This document shows, one piece after another, positions 13,332-64,000 of a DNA stretch of 64,000 nucleotides. The translations under genes were made by a program, and so were the position numbers. Source of the DNA: Octopus vulgaris. Its lineage: Eukaryota. The stretch lies in assembly GCA_951406725.2 (NCBI GenBank), contig OX597819.1, positions 112,592,001-112,656,000 on the forward strand. Reading direction: 5' to 3'. Positions within the stretch are counted from its first letter, which is position 1. The number at the start of each line of letters is the position of its first letter. The notes beneath the pieces were generated by a model. The model was not told where the DNA came from, ran no database searches, and saw only the letters and a list, made by a program, of their open reading frames with translations.

Positions 13332-13831
13332 ACTCTTTTACTTGTTTCAGTCATTTGACTGTGGCCATGCTGGAGCACCACCTTTAGTTGAGCAAATTGA
13401 CCCCAGGACTTATTTTTTGTAAGCCTAGTACTTATCCTATCAGTCTCTTTTGCCAAACTGCTAAGTTGCAGGGATATAAACACATCACCATTGGTTGTCA
13501 AGTGCTGTTGGGGGGACAAACACAGACACACAAACATATACACACATACATATATACATATATACGACAGGCTTCTTTCAGTTTCTGTCTACTAAATCTA
13601 CTCACAAGGCTTTGGTCGGCCCGAGGCTATAGTAGAAGACACTTGCCCAAGGCACCATGCAGTGGGAATGAACAGGACTTCCGTAATGCTATGATGGACC
13701 GTGAAGTCTGGCGTAACATAGTAAATTCCATTGTCTCGACCACGGTCGAACAATGATGATGATGATGGGAATGAACCCAGAACCATGTGGTTGGTAAGCA
13801 AGCTACCTACCACACAGTCACTCCTGCGCCT
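13332..13831 (-). mobile_element. SINE family A interrupted by a LINE tail
   Basis: Same motifs, plus nested insertion 13674-13765. Confidence 0.85.
13674..13765 (+). mobile_element. 92-bp 5'-truncated LINE 3' end inserted into a SINE
   Basis: DFRNAMMDREVWRNIV..* plus (GAT)n tail, TSD TGGGAATGAAC at 13663-13673 and 13766-13776. Confidence 0.85.
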
Positions 13832-13949
13832 ATAACTAATGAAATTTTTTGCATAATATAAGAGAAATGAGATTTAAAATTGTTTGGTATATGTCATGGT
13901 ACTGTTTGTTGTATGTGCTCACTCCCCCTAACTTTTGAACCTAGCTATG

Positions 13950-14410
13950 CCTTTGGCAATAAGCACTAAGATCACACTGGAAATAAACTCTTTTACATGC
14001 CCTACTGGCTCACTTGAAGCAGTTCACAGCTTCTGTTATCTTGGTGACATAATTAGTAGAAGAGGTGACAGTTCAGAAAGTATAGTAGCTCAGATAAGAA
14101 CTGTTGCCAACAAAGATCTCTCCTTCAAAGTAAATGGTAGATTGTAAGATGCATGCATTTGCAGAGCAATGCTGCTTGGTTATGAGAGATGGGCCTCGAA
14201 TGCAGAAGGCTTATGAAGGTGAGAAAGAAGTGGAGCATGTTCCTGTGACTGAGTAATGTTAGTGTATATCAATGATAGAGTACAGATGAGTTAAGAAAGA
14301 GAAATGGGTATAACAAAAATCAGGTGTAGTGTACAAGAGAAGAGGCCATGTTGTTATGGACAAGTGGCAGTCAAGAAAATTCAAGATAATAGATCTTGTG
14401 GAAGAGCGAG
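13950..14410 (+). mobile_element. Degraded RTE-like LINE RT fragment
   Basis: LEAVHSFCYLGDII..IVAQIRT, multiple frameshifts. Confidence 0.6.
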
Positions 14411-14452
14411 ACCCGTGTTTGTGGGGGGTATGAATACATATAATGTACATTA

Positions 14453-14630
14453 TATAACCACAATTGCAGCGTGGAAGGTGTTTATAAGCCATTTAAGAAA
14501 CATACAAAAACTGTTAGATTCACTTCAACATTTAAATTTAATTCGCAAAATTTAAATGTTGAAGTGAATCTAACGGTTTTTGTGTGTTTCTTAAATGGCT
14601 TATAAACACCTTCCACACTGCAATTGTTTT
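14453..14630. repeat. Palindrome, centre-deleted relative of the 52335-52612 palindrome
   Basis: Arms GGAAGGTGTTTATAAGCCATTTAAGAAACA..TTCAACATTTAAAT and reverse complement. Confidence 0.85.
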
Positions 14631-14724
14631 CGTTCCAGCACACAATCTCAGATCAGGTCACTTGCTATGCAAGTACATCTCCATAACATTATATATATAT
14701 ATATAAATACATGTACATTAGTTA

Positions 14725-14794
<70 letters not shown>

Positions 14795-15679
14795 AATACA
14801 TATAATGTACACATATGTACATACATACATACACACATAATATGTAGGCACTGGCAAGGCTGTGTTGTTAAGAAGTTAAATTTCCAACAGCATGGTTTTG
14901 GGTTCAATTCGACTTCATGGTACCTTATGAAAGTGTTTTCAACTATAGCCCTAAGCCGACCAAAGCCTTATTTGTAAATTTTGTCAACAGAAATTTGTGT
15001 TTGTATGTGTGTGTGTGTGTAGTTGGTGTTATTCAGTAATAATTCAATAAACAAAAACTTTCCATTTGTGACCATCCCATCTTATTTCCAAACATGATAT
15101 ATCTAGGATGCCTAGCAGGAACTCTTGAGGAATCGGCAACAGATTCTGTACAGTGCAGACAATCCTTGTTATGTGAGATGGGAGGATAAAGTTTCCATCT
15201 CCAAGGATATCAAGCTTAGTAGCAAGAACAGGGTGTATAAGTGAGTGTATATGTGTGTGTGCATGCGTGTGTGTGTGTGTGTGCATGTGTGTGTGTGTGT
15301 GTGAATAGTAGTCAGTAAATGAAATGTTTAAAAGAGAAAGAGAGAGAGAATGAAAAGAAGGTCACGAAGCCATATTCTGGGTGTGGTTGTTATTGCTGAT
15401 ATTTAGCACCAGGTCAATTCTGATTGAGCAGGCCTATACCCAGCCAAAGGCATTCCAGCCATGATCATCCCATCTTTTCTTTTAATATATCAAAGAATAC
15501 ATTATCAAATGTGTCTTTCACATTTTTTTAAAGATGGCTGGGTGATGTTTGGTGAGATTTGGTTGCTCTTTCTAGCATATCAAGTGGTCACAACCATATT
15601 GTAGTTAATTCATTTTTTTATATATTAATTTCATTGTGTATTTGTGAGTATGCACATATGTGTGTTTGCATATGTGTGT

Positions 15680-15768
<89 letters not shown>

Positions 15769-16345
15769 GGAGAAGAGGAATGGTATGAAATAAAATGTGC
15801 TTTTGTGTAGGTCATTTGATTTTACAAAGAACAACAATCACTACTACTATTTCTAAAACATTTATCAACACTGCTTACACCACAATAAATACCACCAACA
15901 CCATTTCAACAAGGTCACTCTGCTTGCTAGAAATAGCAGCTAAATCTCCTTCAGGCTTTGCACTACTGTTTTTAGAAAAAAAAAAAAATTTTTTTTAAAT
16001 AATACATTGTAAAATATACTCCCCTGTTGAAAGGAAAAACACCAACCCTTTTAATACCAACCCACTTGAGACAACCCATGGTTCTATGAAACAAACATTT
16101 TGTTTTAAAGGAGTCTAAATTAAAACCTTTGAACAAAAATTTGTATTAATTCATGTTTTATACACCGGCTTAATATTAACAAAGTTATTTTAATAAATTC
16201 TTCATTTCATTTGAAATAAAAGCAATATTTGTCAGTAGAAATATAATAACAAAAGGATTAATTATAGGTTTGTTCTGTCAGATCTTTAATCTGGGGTTAA
16301 ACAGCAACAATAACAACAATAACAACAACAATATTGTTATATATG

Positions 16346-62172
<45,827 letters not shown>

Positions 62173-62433
62173 CTAAATAGCAATGGAAAAAAACAGAAAA
62201 ATAAAAGTAATAAATTAGAAAATTACTATTTAAAAATCTCATGAGAGATATTCAGCAACAGTACTTTGGAGTAAAGATTGTTTGCCAACATAACATGGCA
62301 GTCCTGGTTTAGGACGAATGTTGCTGTAATTTAGCCCCAGGAGACATCATCTCCAGCTGGCTATATGACACGATCTGTGTCCTTATATTTTCGAACAAGG
62401 GAATCTAGCACTCTCACTCACCTCAAAACAATA

Positions 62434-62478
62434 TCTGTGTATCATGATTTCCAGGTTATTTCCCTTCATCAGCACAGA
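62434..62478 (-). ncRNA. Minimal type-I hammerhead-like motif
   Basis: UCUGUG CUGAUGA A-GGG-aaauaa-CCU-G GAA AUCAUGAU A CACAGA: 6-bp stem I, palindromic stem III. Confidence 0.65.
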
Positions 62479-62714
62479 ATAACTGTTCGGCTAGAGGTGG
62501 CACTGCCAAATTACTGTTCGAAATATATAGTTTTCTATGTGACAACTAGTCCCTGATCTATAAATTAGAAAATTACTATTACTGTTGCTAAATATCTCTT
62601 GTGAGATTTAAAAATAGTAATTTTCTAGTTTATAGATCAGTGACTAGTTATCACTTTGTAAACTATATATTTTGAATAGGAATTTGGCAGCACCACCTCT
62701 AGGTGAACAATTAT

Positions 62715-62759
62715 TCTGTGCTGATGAAGGAAAATAACCTGGAAATCACAATACACAGA
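62715..62759 (+). ncRNA. Minimal type-I hammerhead-like motif (inverted partner copy)
   Basis: UCUGUG CUGAUGA AGG-aaaauaa-CCU-G GAA AUCACAAU A CACAGA. Confidence 0.55.
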
Positions 62760-63200
62760 TATTGTTTTGAGCTGAGTGGGGGCGCTAGATTCTCTTGTTC
62801 GAAAATATAGCCAGCTGGAGACGATGTCTCCTGGGGCTAAATTACAGCAATATTCATCCTAAACCAGGACTGCCATGTTATGTTGGCAAACAATCTTTAC
62901 TAAAAAGTAATGAAACAGAAATAATTAACCTCTTAATATACACGTTTTTTTTTCAATTTCCATGCAAAAAATATATCTTTTTATTTATTTTGAATTTGGA
63001 TATAAGGAAGAATAAACACACCAGTTATTTTGGATCAATTATGATTTATTATGCTGTTACTGACAGAAATGATAATTACTGGTAGTTAATGGTAAAAAAT
63101 GGAAATGACATCATTAACAAAGTATTTTGAGTTAGAAATATGTGACAGATACCTCAGAGTACATTCAAATATATATTTATTAGGTCTTTCTGAACATAAA

Positions 63201-63660
63201 ATCATCATTATCATCATCATCATTGTTTAACGTCCATTTTCCATGCTGGCATGGGTTGGACGGTTTGACTGAGGTCTGGAGAGCCAGCGGCTGCACCAGG
63301 TGCCAATCTGATCCGGCAATGTTTCTACAACTGGATGCCCTTCCTAATGCCAACCACTCTGAGGGTGTAGTGGGTGCTTTTTACGTGCCACCGGCATGGG
63401 AGCCAGTCAGTGGGTACTGGCATCGGCCACATTCAGATGGTGCTTTTTACATACCACCGGTATGGGAGCCAGTTAGGTGGACCTGGCATCGGCTACATTC
63501 AGATGGTGCTTTTTATGTGCCACTGGCACAGGAGCCAGTCAGAGGACACTGGCATCGATCATGTTCAGATGATGCATACCAGAATGGGAGCCAGTCAAAG
63601 AGCACTGGCTGCAGCTACGATTTTGGTTTTCCTTGACTCAACAGGTCTTCTCAAGTATAG
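63201..63660 (-). mobile_element. Family B retroposon 3' fragment
   Basis: Shared tail and subrepeats. Confidence 0.85.
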
Positions 63661-64000
63661 GATAATATGTTAAGAGCTTAATTAACAAAACAATCAATTC
63701 TTAATAAATACCTCCTAATTAGAAGCCATTGAGACCAAAGTCTTTTCTGGACCTTATTTTTCCTATCTACTCTTATGCTTTGCAAATTGTCTTTGTTATA
63801 CATGTTTAGCTTCAGCTTAATGGCATTCCACCTTGGACCATTCAGTTTTCTCCTTTTTATTATTTATCAGGCATGATAAAGCAATGATTACTTCCCTTTT
63901 AAGATGGTAGACTATTGTGGGAGCAAAATTTGGCTACTATTTCTTGCAAACTGAACTCTTAGAGGCCTTCTTTTTTAGCTCATATATATATATTTTATTG

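Larger units (their letters stand above)
62210..62910. mobile_element. 350-nt hammerhead-bearing unit plus inverted, permuted second copy (retrozyme or Penelope pLTR-like)
   Basis: ATAAATTAGAAAATTACTATT at 62210 and 62560 (period 350); 62581-62910 is the reverse complement of one permuted unit. Confidence 0.7.

Overview
AT-rich, microsatellite-saturated animal genomic DNA. The repeat repertoire (tRNA-derived SINEs, RTE/CR1 LINE remnants, Tc1/mariner, hAT, piggyBac- and pogo-type MITEs, Penelope remnants) suggests an octopus-like cephalopod; this is inference. Nearly all supplied ORFs are microsatellite or repeat noise. The one well-supported gene is a minus-strand ARHGEF10/ARHGEF10L-like Rho GEF (DH-PH plus C-terminal beta-propeller-like region). 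I reconstructed 17 coding exons by hand (62172 down to the stop at 16346, all GT-AG); the N-terminal part lies upstream and was not located. The spliced CDS has one surplus base at the exon 7/8 junction. The most interesting signal is at least 11 minimal type-I hammerhead-ribozyme-like motifs from several repeat families. Two sit directly downstream of a Penelope GIY-YIG remnant, two show a G3-C8 core swap, and two lie in a circularly permuted 350-nt retrozyme-like unit. Six lie in sense orientation inside or downstream of the RhoGEF gene. A near-perfect ~215-bp inverted duplication brackets the DH-PH exons. All structures were derived by eye; no searches or folding were run.
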